Assembly (NCBI GenBank): GCA_951406725.2
Contig: OX597818.1
Coordinates: 97,278,001 to 97,342,000 of the forward strand
Length of the DNA stretch: 64,000 bases
Source of the DNA: Octopus vulgaris
Lineage: Eukaryota
Reading direction: 5' to 3'
In this document: positions 12,841-25,857 of the stretch, piece after piece
Layout of the letters: the number at the start of each line of letters is the position of its first letter
Numbering within the stretch: position 1 is the stretch's first letter
Made by a program: the position numbers and the translations under genes
Notes under the pieces: generated by a model
The model's input: only the letters and a program-made list of their open reading frames with translations
What the model was told of the DNA's origin: nothing
The model's database searches: none

Positions 12841-13738
12841 TTTATGATTATATTTTTGAGCAAGCTTTAATATTTTATAGTAAATTTACCATTTTTGGTT
12901 GGAGAGGAGGGGTGAATGACTTCAAATAGCAGATGAATTAAGATGCTAGTTAGTTTGGGGATAGTGCAGTTAAATGGCAAAGTATATGCTCTTTTATTGG
13001 CTTGTGATTTTAGGTGTCATGTAGCTTAAAGAGATTTGTCAGTTAAATGTTCAGAAGGAACTCACATGGCTGATACATCGTATAAAACATACTTTGCTTC
13101 ATATGACACCTTGGGCAAGTATCTTCTACTACAGCCTCGGGCCAACAAGAGCCTTGTAAGTGAATTTGATGGAAACTGAAAGAATGCCTGTCATATATAT
13201 ATATATATATATACATATGGAAACTGAAAGAAGCCTGTCCCCATAACTTAGCAGTTCAGCAAAAGAGACGAGTAAGTACCAGGGCTTGAAAAAATAAGTC
13301 CTGGGGTTGAAGGTGGTACCCCCATATGGTCACAGGGCAATAACTGAAACAAGACACACTCATGCCAGCATGAAAGGAGGACATTAAACAACAACAACGG
13401 TGTCAGCAGCATCGTCATCATACTAGTAGTAGTAGTAGGAGGAGGAGAATGATGATAATAATAATTAGTATTTCGCAACTCTGTTATACAGTATTCTGAA
13501 ATGTGGAGTACAGTGTGGCAAAGAGACAGTATTTCCTCCAGTTAAAAGGATGGTGGCACACTCTGAATAAACATCTCTACAATACTGATATTGAAAGGTA
13601 GCATTAGAAGTCAACATTGATAGTCACTCATAACTTAATTTTGTCCATTTTATCTGAGACCTGGCTTATTGGGATCCAGTTTAATGAGAGTTCACTGCAT
13701 AGACTCTATTGAGAATTTTACCCACCTTTCTCTTCCAG

Positions 13739-13850
13739 AGTATGTTGGCAAGTTTGATCCCGATTCAGGGAATTGGAACATTTATTGGTCTTCTACATAT
13801 GTCTCTGCTATCTTCGTCCTATGCTTTTGAATACAGATGGTTTAATATGG
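13739..13850 (+). CDS. EI24: EI24 coding exon 6 (last exon identifiable before the gap; gene 3'-incomplete)
   Basis: Acceptor cttccag, donor G|gtaagt, 112 nt. [37 protein letters not shown](G) contains LLHMSLLxSxYxFEYRWFN. Confidence 0.95.
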
Positions 13851-13994
13851 GTAAGTAATTGATCTGTTTATCACTTTTATTGTAAATGCACTGCTTGGTT
13901 TCATTATGTTGACAAAGACTGTGAATATCAATTGTAGCAGAAATATTTTTAAGATGATTATCTTTCTTCATTAGTTCAGCTTTCAGTACCGAAA

Positions 13995-14480
13995 TCATCA
14001 TTATCATTTAATGTCCGTTTTCCATGCTAGCATGGATTGGACGGTTCGACCGGGGTCTGGGAAGCCAGAAGGCTGCATCAGGCTCCAGTCTGATTTGGCA
14101 GTGTTTCTACTGCTGGATGCCCTTCCTAACGCCAACCACTCCGTGAGTGTAGTGGGTGCTTTTTACGTGCCACTGGCACAGGTGCCAGGTGAGGCTGGCA
14201 ATGGCCACGATCGGTTGGTGCTTTTATGTGCTATCGGCACGGAAGCCAGTCAAGGTGGCGCTGGCATCGACCACGTTCGGATGGTGCTTTTTACGTGCCA
14301 CCGGCACAGGGATCACAACTACAATTTTCATTGATTTTTGATGTTGATGTACTTGACTCAATAGGTCTCTTCAAGCACAGGGTTGAAACGGTGTTTCTTT
14401 ACTTGCCACCTGCACAGGAGTCAGTCCAGCGGCACTGGCAACTGCTGGGTGCCAGTCATAGGATTGGTTCAATTTCAATT
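13995..14480 (-). mobile_element. RTE-tail retroposon copy
   Basis: Same core as 6487-7050, with internal repeats of ggtgcttttta(c/t)gtgccac. Confidence 0.8.
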
Positions 14481-14885
14481 CCGATTTTGTTTGCTAATAT
14501 TAGTATATGGAGAGCTTTAACAGTTTTGTTTTTGCAGTATGTTCCCATGTGCACACACATGTATATGTATTATATATCATATATATTGTATACATTTGTA
14601 TCATAGCTGTGTGTGTATATCTGGACTATGCAATTTGCTATTGTTTTGAATTGTGTGGATGACTGTTTGAGGTGATGATTACAGCAAAAACAGTGAAGTT
14701 GGATTGATCTAATAGGTACAACATTGATTCCTTAGAGTTAAATATAGGGATTTCACCACCCAGTACATTATTTGGGCCATAGAGATGTAGCAAAAATATT
14801 TAGAGAGATGGATGACTTGGTTATTAGAGTTTGACATTTGTTAATATGTGCCATTCACTCATAATGTAAGTATGGTATTTATATT

Positions 14886-14985
14886 NNNNNNNNNNNNNNN
14901 NNNNNNNNNNNNNNNNNNNNNNNNNNNNNNNNNNNNNNNNNNNNNNNNNNNNNNNNNNNNNNNNNNNNNNNNNNNNNNNNNNNNN
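14886..14985. other. Assembly gap (100 N, probably unknown size)
   Basis: Run of exactly 100 N. Confidence 0.99.
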
Positions 14986-15310
14986 ATATATTTCAGTTCA
15001 ATTTGTTTTGCTCTTCTTTTCCAAATGGTGTTGTTAAAAGTAATTAATATAGTTTGATGTCTGCTCTATCTGAGTTAAAAACATGAAGAACATCATGTGA
15101 CTTCTCTGATTTCCTTCCTTTTTTGTTTTTCATTAGAATATGCAACCTTTATCTTGATCATTGCCAGATTTAAGATTCTTTTCCAAAACATGGAAGATAT
15201 TTCTGAAGAAATTTTAGATAAGGTAAAAAACAAGGCACTACTTGGAACAAACAAGAATTTATACTAATAAGAAAAAATTTTATACACATGAATTTCATGG
15301 TTCAGGCATG

Positions 15311-15481
15311 TCAAGATTCAGTAGGTTCGTTCTGTGATTGGTTTGGAGATATTCCTGCTGTGATAGGAGAGAGCGCTCCACCAGTCTGTTCTTGTCTGGA
15401 TTTCTGATGTTCCATAAAGACTTTCATTAAGCGTTGGTTAAATGCAACATAGCGGTCAGTGCAGGATTCTAAACAGCTAGC
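15311..15481 (-). CDS. TIMM10B: Mitochondrial IMS small Tim chaperone Tim10B/Tim9b, coding exon 3
   Basis: Acceptor ttttgtag. ASCLESCTDRYVAFNQRLMKVFMEHQKSRQEQTGGALSPITAGISPNQSQNEPTES*; second CX3C and an NxRLM motif with C-terminal extension typical of TIMM10B. Confidence 0.9.
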   Translation of the reverse strand, partial: ASCLESCTDRYVAFNQRLMKVFMEHQKSRQEQTGGALSPITAGISPNQSQNEPTES

Positions 15482-15579
15482 CTACAAAAAATTAGAAGTA
15501 TATAAAAATTTACTCACAGCTGACAAACTATTCAGTTAACATTTTGAAGTATTTTACAGAACTCTTTAAATATCTAGAA

Positions 15580-15872
15580 CAGTGGTTCCCCAACTTTTTT
15601 GGGCTGCCACCCCCTTGACATCCAGGCCACATTCCAATCTCCACCCCAATTAACCATCGAAACGTAGACCTCTTTCTGAAACAAATTCAAAATAACTGTA
15701 TTTCACAAATTAAGCTTAACCTAATGAACCCATTATTTTGTTGTTTTTACATGAATCACCACCCAATTTGTACATGAATTGCTACCCCATTATCGTCCCA
15801 CTTTTCTTCAACACCTCCCTGGAACTTCCATCTCCTCCAGAGGGACAATACGGCTCACTTTGGGAACCACTG
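15580..15872. mobile_element. hAT (Charlie-like) non-autonomous element
   Basis: TIRs CAGTGGTTCCC / GGGAACCACTG flanked by a perfect 8-bp TSD ATCTAGAA (15572-15579, 15873-15880). Confidence 0.9.
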
Positions 15873-16225
15873 ATCTAGAATATGTTTTATAGTTGCTGAT
15901 ACAAAATATAATTAGGGAAGGGAGGCCACTAGCTCTTTTTCTGTTCATAGTTGCAAGGCTTAGCTTTGAATTGCTAAACTGTATTTCTAGTCAACATTGC
16001 AGCCAATCCAGATCTCTAATTTTCATATGTGTTCTCATTTAAGTAAACTATTGTATTGAAGAATTTATAACAGAATCTGTGATGTGGTATCAGTTATTAT
16101 GACATTAAACTTTATACATGAATGATACACTTTAACAAAAACTGTAAATGATTAATCAGGCTTAAACATAAACTAATCAAATGACTCAACATAGAGCAAT
16201 TTCAGCAAAAGTAAATATTAGAATG

Positions 16226-16519
16226 TGGAGGCACATGGCCTAGTGGTTAGAGCAGCGGACTCGTGGTTGAAGGATCGCGAGTTCGAATCTCAGACCGGGC
16301 GATGTGTGTGTTTATGAGCAAAACACCCAAGCTCCACGTGGCTCTGGCAGAAGATAATGGCGAATTTCTGCTGACTCTTTCGCCACAATTTCTCTCACTC
16401 TTTCCTCCAGCATCTTGCAGCTCACCTTCGATGGACCAGCGTCCCGTCCAAGTGGGGAACCTATATGCCAAGGAAACCGGCCCTATGAACCAGGCATGGC
16501 TCGAGAAGGAACAAACAAC
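16226..16519 (+). mobile_element. Full-length tRNA-derived SINE with 13-bp TSD
   Basis: Head TGGCCTAGTGGTTAGAGCAGCGGACTCG..GAGTTCGAATC, AC-rich tail, TSD AAATATTAGAATG on both sides. Relatives at 38690-39000 (-) and 44584-44790 (+). Confidence 0.92.
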
Positions 16520-16694
16520 AAATATTAGAATGGAGTTGAGTTATGAACTGGTAATGCATAATCTATATAAGTATATCAATGAGAAAGATAGTGGAGAGTG
16601 AATAGTTAATAGAAGCAAATAAGGATTAAATAAACCCAAGAAGACACGGAGAATATAGAGAATTAGGTGAAGATTTGGTGTTCTTCAGATTTGC

Positions 16695-16880
16695 TCTTAT
16701 TCTTTTACTTGTTTCAGTCATTTGACTGCTACACTGCCTTTAGTTGAACAAATTAACCCCAGGACTTATTGATTGTAAGCCTAGTACTTATTCTATCGGT
16801 CTCTTTTGCCGAACCGCTAAGTTACGGGGACGTAAACACACCAGCATCAGTTGTCAAGCAATGGTGGGAGGACACACACT

Positions 16881-16919
<39 letters not shown>

Positions 16920-17059
16920 GGCTTCTTTCAGTTTCTGTTTACCAAATCCACTCAAAGGCTTTAGTAGAAGACACTTGCCCAAGGTGCCACACAGTGGGAC
17001 TGAACCCGGAACGATGTGGTTGGTAAGTAAGCTACTTACCAAACAGCCACTCCTATGCC
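16695..17059 (-). mobile_element. Abundant SINE copy with internal (TA)n
   Basis: Same family as 3568-3961. Confidence 0.88.
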
Positions 17060-17241
17060 TTATGTATACCCACATGAAAAAAATGAAGGCTAAATAAGTG
17101 GGTTGAAATTATATATGACATAAAGACATGAAAAACTAAGGCTAAATGGGTTGAAATTGTATATGAAGTAACAATTGATTTTATCAATTCCACTTCAAAT
17201 TTCTCCATACAAAGTAAAAAAAAAAAAAAAAAAATTCTTAC

Positions 17242-17337
17242 CTCAAAATGTTCAATTTTGTTCTCAAAAAATATTGACACACAATTCTGAAAACATTGCT
17301 CAGTGAGTTTGTTATACAGTAACAAGAAATCCTTTAC
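17242..17337 (-). CDS. TIMM10B: TIMM10B coding exon 2
   Basis: Acceptor taaag, donor GAG|gtaag, 96 nt. VKDFLLLYNKLTEQCFQNCVSIFFENKIEHFE, with DFLLxYNxxTExCFxxC (first CX3C). Confidence 0.92.
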
Positions 17338-17573
17338 CTTTAAAATATATAAAATAATATAGAAAAATATATAATGAATAAATACACTGGAAAGTTTAAG
17401 CAATAATTATTTTTTAAAACTTCAGTAACAATAAAGTGTTAATAGTAAATAATAACTCAATCTATTGCATAGATGGGTTTGACAGACACAGGAACACTGG
17501 ATGACAACAATGGTACAGTATTGAATTGAATGTCTAGTGTTAAGACCAACTATAGTTAGTCTTAACACTAGAC

Positions 17574-18483
17574 ATTTGGAAGCATTGAAATTTTGAGCTC
17601 ATGATCTTTTAAAGATTGATTTTCAACAACTGTTTTGCTGAGGCATATTTGATTTAAAATTTCAAAAATTATATATGTAATTAAACAGAGTTCATTTCTC
17701 TAAAATATTAAGTTAGAAGAGTAATCTACATTTTGATGCTAGTATGTTTATGTCCCTGTAACTTAGCGGTTTGGCAAAAGGGACTGATAGAATAAGTACT
17801 AGGCTCACAAAGAATAAGTCCTGGAGTCAATTTGTTCAAGAATATGCATTTATTATATTATTTTTAAGCAAGAACCAAGACAAAGGAACAAAAAAAAAAG
17901 AAAAAGAAAACAATTTATATTATATCCTTCTTGCTATTTGTTTCTATATTCTTTTTGAAAAGAACTGTTCTTACCTACTCCAGACAGAGCAATACAGTTG
18001 TGGGAAACAATGTGTGTTTATTCTTTGACTAACAATAATAATGGTTACTAATTTTGGAACAAGACTACATATTTGTAAGGGAGGTTGGACCATAATATTT
18101 AACCAACTTATAAAGGATGAAAGGCAAACTTGATTCTAGTAGGATTTTAACTCAACAAAAAGGGATGTAATGAAATACTCTATAACTGGCAATATAACTA
18201 TATCTGTCATGCTTTACCATACACATATTGACAACAATGATAAAAAAGCAGGTGCTGTTTTCTTATATCTGTGAGTTACTAGTAGTGGGAGTATTAATTT
18301 GCATAAACTTGATAAACAGCTATTACCGTAGAATACTCCTCTAACTTAATATTTTAGAGAAATGAACTCTGTTTAATAACATATATAATTTTTGAAATTT
18401 TAAATCAAATATGCCTCAGCAAAAGAGTTGTTGGAAATCAATCCTTAAAAGGTCATGAGCTCAAAATTTCAATGCTTCCAAAT
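17574..18483. repeat. Inverted repeat pair of about 155 bp in TIMM10B intron 1 (MITE-like ends with SINE fragments between)
   Basis: 17574-17729 is the near reverse complement of 18328-18483. Confidence 0.85.
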
Positions 18484-18939
18484 TCTATTAGCTGTGGTTA
18501 CATAAAGGATACATTGGATATTTGGGAACACAACTGTAGAGGATCGTAAATGGAAGTTAACCAATTGTAATGTTAGGTGTCAGGTGCCAAAACTAACTTT
18601 CTTATTTCTCTTTCAGATATATCAACAGCATCAAGATGGTACATTTCAGTCAGACACTGGAATCGAAGTAGTGCTATGCTTGTAGCTCTATCTTTTGGCT
18701 ACAACAACTCAGAGATTTCTAGTTTCTTGAAGGATAGGGTCCTTCATGTTCAGTGTTAGAAAAGAGCTGGAGGAGGTGTGGCATCTTTAGTCAAAAGAAG
18801 AAATGTTTTCAGAATGGCTGAGTTTGTTTAGCAGAACCACATCATCATCTTTTAATGACAACCCAAATAGTCTGATGAAGGTCAGCATAAGAGCATCAAC
18901 TACAAGTTCTGCATAATGAGGTGAAGGCAGTTAATGTGT

Positions 18940-19340
18940 GGTCTGGCCAAGCTTAAGAACCCTGAGAAATGTTACACTAGTTTTTTTTCTGATGAAAAGA
19001 ACTTGACCAGGACTAGAAAATAGTGAAGGGAATTTCTGTGTGAACCACACACAAGTACCTACAGTGATACCTATCAAGTCCCTGTCATCTCTAATGGGGT
19101 TGTGAGCCACAAGGGCTATATCATGCCGCCACATTTCTTCTTGATAAGCTTTAGGGCCAATGCCATCATCTACACTGACAAACTTGGTATGATGGTCAAA
19201 GCCCCAGATTGACAGAATCACCCTGGGGAAAGACATGTATGATCCAATGGCACTTTATTTCTTTCACGACACTTGCAGTCCAACTTTCCAAGGTCATGTA
19301 ACCCCTAATATGTGGCTCCTAGCTCACCTGATTTGAACTC
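18940..19340 (+). pseudogene. Tc1/mariner (DD37D/maT-like) transposase remnant
   Basis: Frameshifted motifs FFSDEKN, VVSHKGYIMPPHFF and HVTPNMW..SSPDLN. Confidence 0.7.
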
Positions 19341-19680
19341 CACCACCATTGCACTGCTGCATCTGAGGCCTAATCAGTTAGCTGCCCGTGGTATCAAAAA
19401 TTCAGCAAAAGTTGCCGTTAAGAGGTGTGGCAGTTGACATGGCTAGAAAGGGGATCTGATCCTTGCATACTGTTACTTTCCTAGTCACCTTGATGCCAAC
19501 AGGGCTGATGGTTGATTTTGTTGAATAGCATGTATCTTTGATGTTTCTAGCTAAATGCACGTGTTGTTTTTCTGGGAGTGTGTTGTATTTATCTGTATAT
19601 CGTCTTTGTTTTTCATTGTTTCGTTTAGTTTTCGATTACCTTGTACATCCTGCATTTTTAATTTCAAAACTATATGAAGG

Positions 19681-19748
<68 letters not shown>

Positions 19749-20474
19749 AAAATGAAACAACACGGTTGAGGTGAGTTTCCCATTATAAATCAAAGATTAA
19801 ATTTGCGGCTACAAGAACAACTTAGTGGAAATTTTAAATTCTTATCGACGATAGTTCATTCATTTAATATCTTTTAAATTAAATATTGATTTCTTATTTT
19901 AGATTAAGCAATATAGTTGATAGCAGTGCTGTCTGGTACTTATTTTATCATCCCTAGGGGCGAGGTCGACTTTAACGTAAACGGATATAAATATTCAAGA
20001 ATACCCTACCCTACATACATACATTGTTTTTGTTTCCATTAAATACTGGAACGATCAAATTATATAAAACAAGGGTCTGTGGACCCGGTGGTGTTGTCTG
20101 GCCTTTTATTACGCATGTCTATCAATTTTAAGTATACCTAATGAAAAAATTGAATTTTAATCTGAATTCATTAACAAATTGAATTTAACCTGTTAAATTA
20201 GTGTCCATCAGAAAATGAATAATCTACAATATGAATATTTTATGCTAATAATAATTGTTTTTCTCAACGATTCTCCTTTTTTCAACCAAAATATTTTAAG
20301 TAACATTTTAAGAATAGTGCTTGCGCACGACGGATTGGGAATATTCGGAGACTTTCAACTAACATTAGGTTATAATTTACAAACAATCGATAGTCTAAGA
20401 TAACTGTAATGAGGACTTTTCTTTTGGATACCGAAAAAAATTGATATGTTAATAATTAATGCACAGGAACTCAC

Positions 20475-20516
20475 ATTACGTTGTTGAGTCTCATCAGATA
20501 AATTAGTTGCCGACAT
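20475..20516 (-). CDS. TIMM10B: TIMM10B coding exon 1
   Basis: ATG at 20516, MSATNLSDETQQRN, donor AAT|gtgagt, phase 0. Gives a 102-aa protein with RN|VKDFL, like the RNLRDFL of TIMM10B; lies in locally CpG-rich DNA. Confidence 0.85.
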
Positions 20517-22324
20517 ATTTCTTTTCTTGTAGAAACGTGACCTCTAGCACCTAGAGTTATCTGCCCTTACAATCTTATTTTACTTCTGGTTATTGAAATC
20601 TTTCTCGAAATTTAAAGTTAGGTTTTATTTTGAACATAGTAGAGACTGGGGAATAACAAAACTGCTTTTAATTTAAGATCAAGGGCTACAGATTAATCGA
20701 TAACATTGTCGCTAGTATTAAACTGGCTCTTTGTTTCATCGACCCCAGTAGAGTTAAAGGCAAAATTGACCTCGGCGGGATTTGAACCCAGAATTTAACG
20801 AACTGGAAGAAATGCTGCCAAGAATTTCCCCTACTTACGCTTTAACGATTTTGGCAGCTCATCACCCTGAGGGAATTACTAAATTACACGTTGTTAATTC
20901 TCATATGGTTCACTATTTGTAATAGATGTTAACTATTTGTAATAGTTCTGTGAAAATCAGACACCAATCATCCGTTCATAGATTTTTATTCAGACAAAAT
21001 AATGCAGATCAATAACATATCGACTATACTTCTTGATTTGCCATTACACAGCTTCTCACAGTAACTAACTACCTAAACAAAAATTTATATACTGGGATCC
21101 GAACGTGGTCGATGCCAATGCCACCTGTCTGGCTTCCGTGCCTGTGGCACATAAAAAGCACCCACTATACTCTCGGGGTGGTTGGTGTCAGGAAGGGAAT
21201 CAAGCTGTAGAAACCTTGCCAGCTCAGATTGGAGCCTGGTGCAGCCTACTGGCTTGACAGTCCGCAGTCAAACTGTTCAACCCATGCCAGTATGGAAAAC
21301 GGACGTTAAACGATGATGATGATGATGGATAAGGTTTCCACTGGCAACACATCAACAAATTATATGTAGCCTACAGAACATCCTTTCAAATGAGAGCAAA
21401 AAGATTTCATCTATCATACTTAATTTGATGACAAACAAGCGGGAAGAAACTCCTATGTCACTAGGATGGATTGATAGGATTTATGTCTATAATAAATCTG
21501 AATGTAATAATTCTTATTGTATATGTCTCTTAGAGGTCATTGGTAAAGTTTTATCGTGACCACGGGTGAATTTGATTAATGAATGACATCAGCTTCAACT
21601 GAAACAAAATCTGGTTTTTGTTCAGGAAGAAGCACTAAGAACATGGTCCCTGTGAGTCCACTTCAAGAAAAAGTATTGAGCAGCTGGTGCCTCTGCATCA
21701 AATCTTTGACATCATTTACAAAGAAAACTTGTAGAAACTGGATTGTCGGCCAGAATTTTTGGATATCATCATATGAGGGCTTGGGTCATCTTCAAGGAAC
21801 AAAATTCTGAAGAAATTGTTATATGTAATGGATTTAAACAGGTTGAAATGCCAGTTTTGTGTCCGTCTTTTGTGTACTTTGCCATACTTCTTAATTATGC
21901 TGCTTAATTATGATATTAGTACTCACCTGAGATTCAGAAAACAGAAAACTCTTTGACCTGAGAAGATTCTACAATAATTCTAAGAAATTCAAAATTGTGA
22001 TTTATAAATTGTTTTGTGCAAATGATGGTGATTTTAACACTCATATTGAAAATAACTTATATAATTTATAATGGGTGCATATATTCATACATGCACACAC
22101 ACACAACACATACTGTAAATGTATATATATATATACATGCACACAGAACACAAACACACTCACATAAAAACACATACACACATACATACATGACAGGTTT
22201 CTTTCAGTTTCTGTCAACCAATCTATATATTGTGTGGAACCTTAGGCAAGTGTCTTCAATACAGCCTCAGGCAAACCAAATCCCTATGAGTGGATTTGGT
22301 AGATGGAAACTGAAAGAAGCCAGT

Positions 22325-22372
<48 letters not shown>

Positions 22373-23229
22373 CAGGGTGCAATGGGTAAATTGTCACCAT
22401 TTTATATTTTCAATTTTGCACATTCACATTGTTTATTTTTGATTTTGCCAACTACACAGTATGGTAGGGTCAGTTGGGCACTGTCTGTAGGAAAAACAGC
22501 ACCATGACACAATTTGCTTTGCCAGAAATTTGGAAATGACATGCTGTACTGCTTGGCATTTGTGCCAGAAGCTCCAATGCAAATAATTCAGAGTGTTTGG
22601 GTTTCAGTCTCAGAACAGTGCAATCTGAGAACATGTACTGAGAGTGATAAAAATCAAACATCCAGTCAACATCATGGTGTTTAGAGTGATCACTGTTGAT
22701 GGCAATGTTTTACCACCAAACTCAACATAGAGGTCTACATCAAGTGCCTGGAGGAGGTAGTTCTGTCCTGGTTCAAGAGGGTGGCTGCTGGAAGACCCTA
22801 TGTCTGGCAATGGGACTCCGCACCAGTAGGAAAACCCAATCATAGCTGTCAGACAATTTCTGCAATCACATTACCCTTAACATCTGGCCACCTAACTCCC
22901 CAGACTGCAACCCCCTTGATTATTATGTGTGGGGAGCAGTTGAGTGAGAGATCAACAAAAATCCTCATAACACCAAAGATGAACTAAAGGTAAGGGTTAT
23001 GGCAGCATTCACCAACTTAAGCAAGGAGACCATACAGAAGAGTTGCAAGGAATTTTGAAGTCGTCCGGAAGCCATGGTTGAAACCAATGGTGATTTTATT
23101 GAATAAATTTACTCTTTAGTATTTCAAGATATTTTTATGTAATTTTGGTAAATATATCTATTAAAATGAGATGTCAGTGTTATTTTCATTTTTGCATAAT
23201 TTACACAACAGTTTATTCACCACACCCTC

Positions 23230-23231
<2 letters not shown>
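22373..23231 (+). mobile_element. Internally deleted Tc1/mariner (DD37D/maT-like) element
   Basis: Begins TA|CAGGGTG with a degenerate inverse end (caccctctg). Remnant motifs GRPYVWQWDSAP, IWPPNSPDCNPLDYYVWGAVE and NGDFIE*. Confidence 0.85.
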
Positions 23232-23317
<86 letters not shown>

Positions 23318-23917
23318 GTATATATACATGCATATATGGGTACAGGACATCAAAAAACGTTGAACACAATAAGAAACGAAAACATAAAAGCAAAAACATA
23401 GAAAGGAACGTTTTTTCGAACAATGAAAAAAACAGAGAAACGAAACATACAACATAAAGAATATTCCCCTTCTTCAGTGGTCCCTGTTTCATCTACTCAG
23501 CATTTCTTAGGCAAGGATAAGACGCGACTTCATTGAAACAGTCCTTCCCGCAAAGCAAATTAAATAAAATTTGGGAATTTTTGCGGAAGGTGAAAGAGGT
23601 AACAAGAACAGGACAGTGAGAACAAAACAGCAAAAACAAACGGTGAGGGCTGTTAAGCCAAGACGATAGAAAAATTATTATGAGCGCTAGGAAGACGAGC
23701 TTATGAAGGAGACAGTATAAGCACATTTTCTCTCCCACCCTTCCCTATTCTTCTCCTTTTCTCTTCATTGTTCCCTCTCTCTCACTCCTCCTCCTCGACT
23801 CTCTCGTTGTTGACACATAACGAAAGAGAATCTATCTTTCTGCCCACTACCTTCGTAAAGACAAAAAAACCCCCATTATTTATGGGATGACCCAACACAC
23901 ACACACACACACACACA

Positions 23918-24295
23918 TTCTTTTATTCTTCTACTTGTTTCAGTCATTTGACTGCGGCCATGCTAGAGCACTGCCTTGAAGGATTTTAGTTGAACAAATT
24001 GACCCCAGGACTTACATTTTTAAGCTTAGTACTTATTGTATTGGTCTTATTTGCTGAACTGTTAAGTTACAGGGACATAAAGACACCAACACTTGTTTTC
24101 AAACAGTGATGGGATGACAAACACAGACACATAAAGATATATACATATATAAATATATATATATGGTGGTTTCTTTTAGTTTCCATCTACCAAATCCATT
24201 CACAAGGCAGTCCAAGGCTATAGTAGAAGACACTTGCCCAAGGTGCTACACAGTGGAACTGAACCCAGAACCAAGCTTCTTATCACACAACTGCA
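23918..24295 (-). mobile_element. Abundant SINE copy
   Basis: Same family as 3568-3961. Confidence 0.85.
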
Positions 24296-25759
24296 CACAC
24301 GTTTATATCATGCAGTCTCCTGTAGTTAGATGATTTACGAGGGTCCTGCAATTTTTTGCTGAACAATTATACAGATGATTTGTTTATAGTAATTAAATGC
24401 TTGTGTTCACATAAGCTCACTCCATCAAATTGAGATTACCTGTACAGGTGCATGACATGCCAAGTGTCAGATGACAAAATGATAGCAGAGCAATGTGAAA
24501 TGAAGTATTTTGCTCAAGAACACAACACCTGGTCTGGGAATTGAAACCATGATCTCACAACTATGAGTGCAACACCTTAGCCACTAAGCCTTCATATCTA
24601 TCTATCAGTCTATCTACACACACACATATACACACACACATTATAAAAACATACACACACATACTAACATGTATGTCTATGCATATATAGATATAAACAT
24701 ATATATATATACACATACACATTATATGTGTATATAATGAAATTTATTTGAAAGCTATTATAATAAATGCATAATTCTGTCTGGGATCTCTGTATCTCAG
24801 TCTACATTTGCTCTACATAGACATATAACTTTGGGAATCAGGATGATACCGGGATTGAAAATCTGCTCTCCATTTGGTTCTCGAACATCCAGCATTGTGA
24901 TCTGATTTAAAACCATTTGGGTTGCTATTTCTAGCAAGTAAAGCTCAGTTGATTCACGCGCCATCTTGGGGTAGATAAATGACATTTGCTTCGTTAATCT
25001 TAAGTCGAGACAAGAACTGTGGGACAAATTGCCCAACAGTTTGGAATTCAACTTCGGACTGGAACAACAGAATTATTGCATTACAGAATTAATTCTCACC
25101 CCTTCGTTAACCGCTGATCAAACACCACTGGGGCATATAACCATTATAGACCTATTACAGTCATGCTGTTTAGCTCTCTTTAATTGGCTGCAGGTCCAAT
25201 TAGCCCTGTGTAGGAGCTAGCTTTAAAGTCCACACGGAGTGCAAGCCTTTAACCTAGTATATAATAATTTATATATCATCATTATCATCATTCAACGTCC
25301 ACGTTCCATGTTTGCATAAGTTAGACAAAAGTTGTTGAAGCAGATTTTCTAGTCAGATGCCCTTTCAATTATTTCCAAGTCAGGTAATATTTCCCTCAAA
25401 GCCAGACATGTTTTTACGGAAGACTGAAAACGAACAACATCGCTCATTTGAAGGTGGTGCTCGTTTTCAACCACGATATCAAGACAAGGATACGCACACA
25501 TACAACATATATATCGATCTGTCTATACTTGCGTGTATACACGTTTATATACGCACGCACGACGGGCTCTTTTCGGTTTCTGACTACCAAATTCACTTTC
25601 AAAGCTTTGGTCAACTGAAGAAGAAAACAATTTGCCGTATAGTGGGACTGAGCCCGAGACCATTAAATTGGGAAGCAAGCTTCTTAACCATACAACCACC
25701 TCTGCGCCTATATATTCCAGCTTGTCAACGTAACACATACCCTCTTCCCTACCTCTCTC

Positions 25760-25800
<41 letters not shown>

Positions 25801-25812
25801 GCGCGAGCGCGC

Positions 25813-25857
<45 letters not shown>

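Noticed and set aside
16226-16300. tRNA-like sequence (also about 795-866 and 44584-44650)
   Set aside because: SINE heads: no complete acceptor stem, followed by SINE body and tail.
17053-17403. 116-aa single-exon ORF
   Set aside because: Only 17242-17337 is coding (TIMM10B exon 2); the rest is intron read-through.
23455-23505. Permuted hammerhead-like motif (GAAA..TA..CTGAAGA on the - strand) in a repeat at 23340-23900
   Set aside because: Stems cannot be drawn convincingly in this copy.
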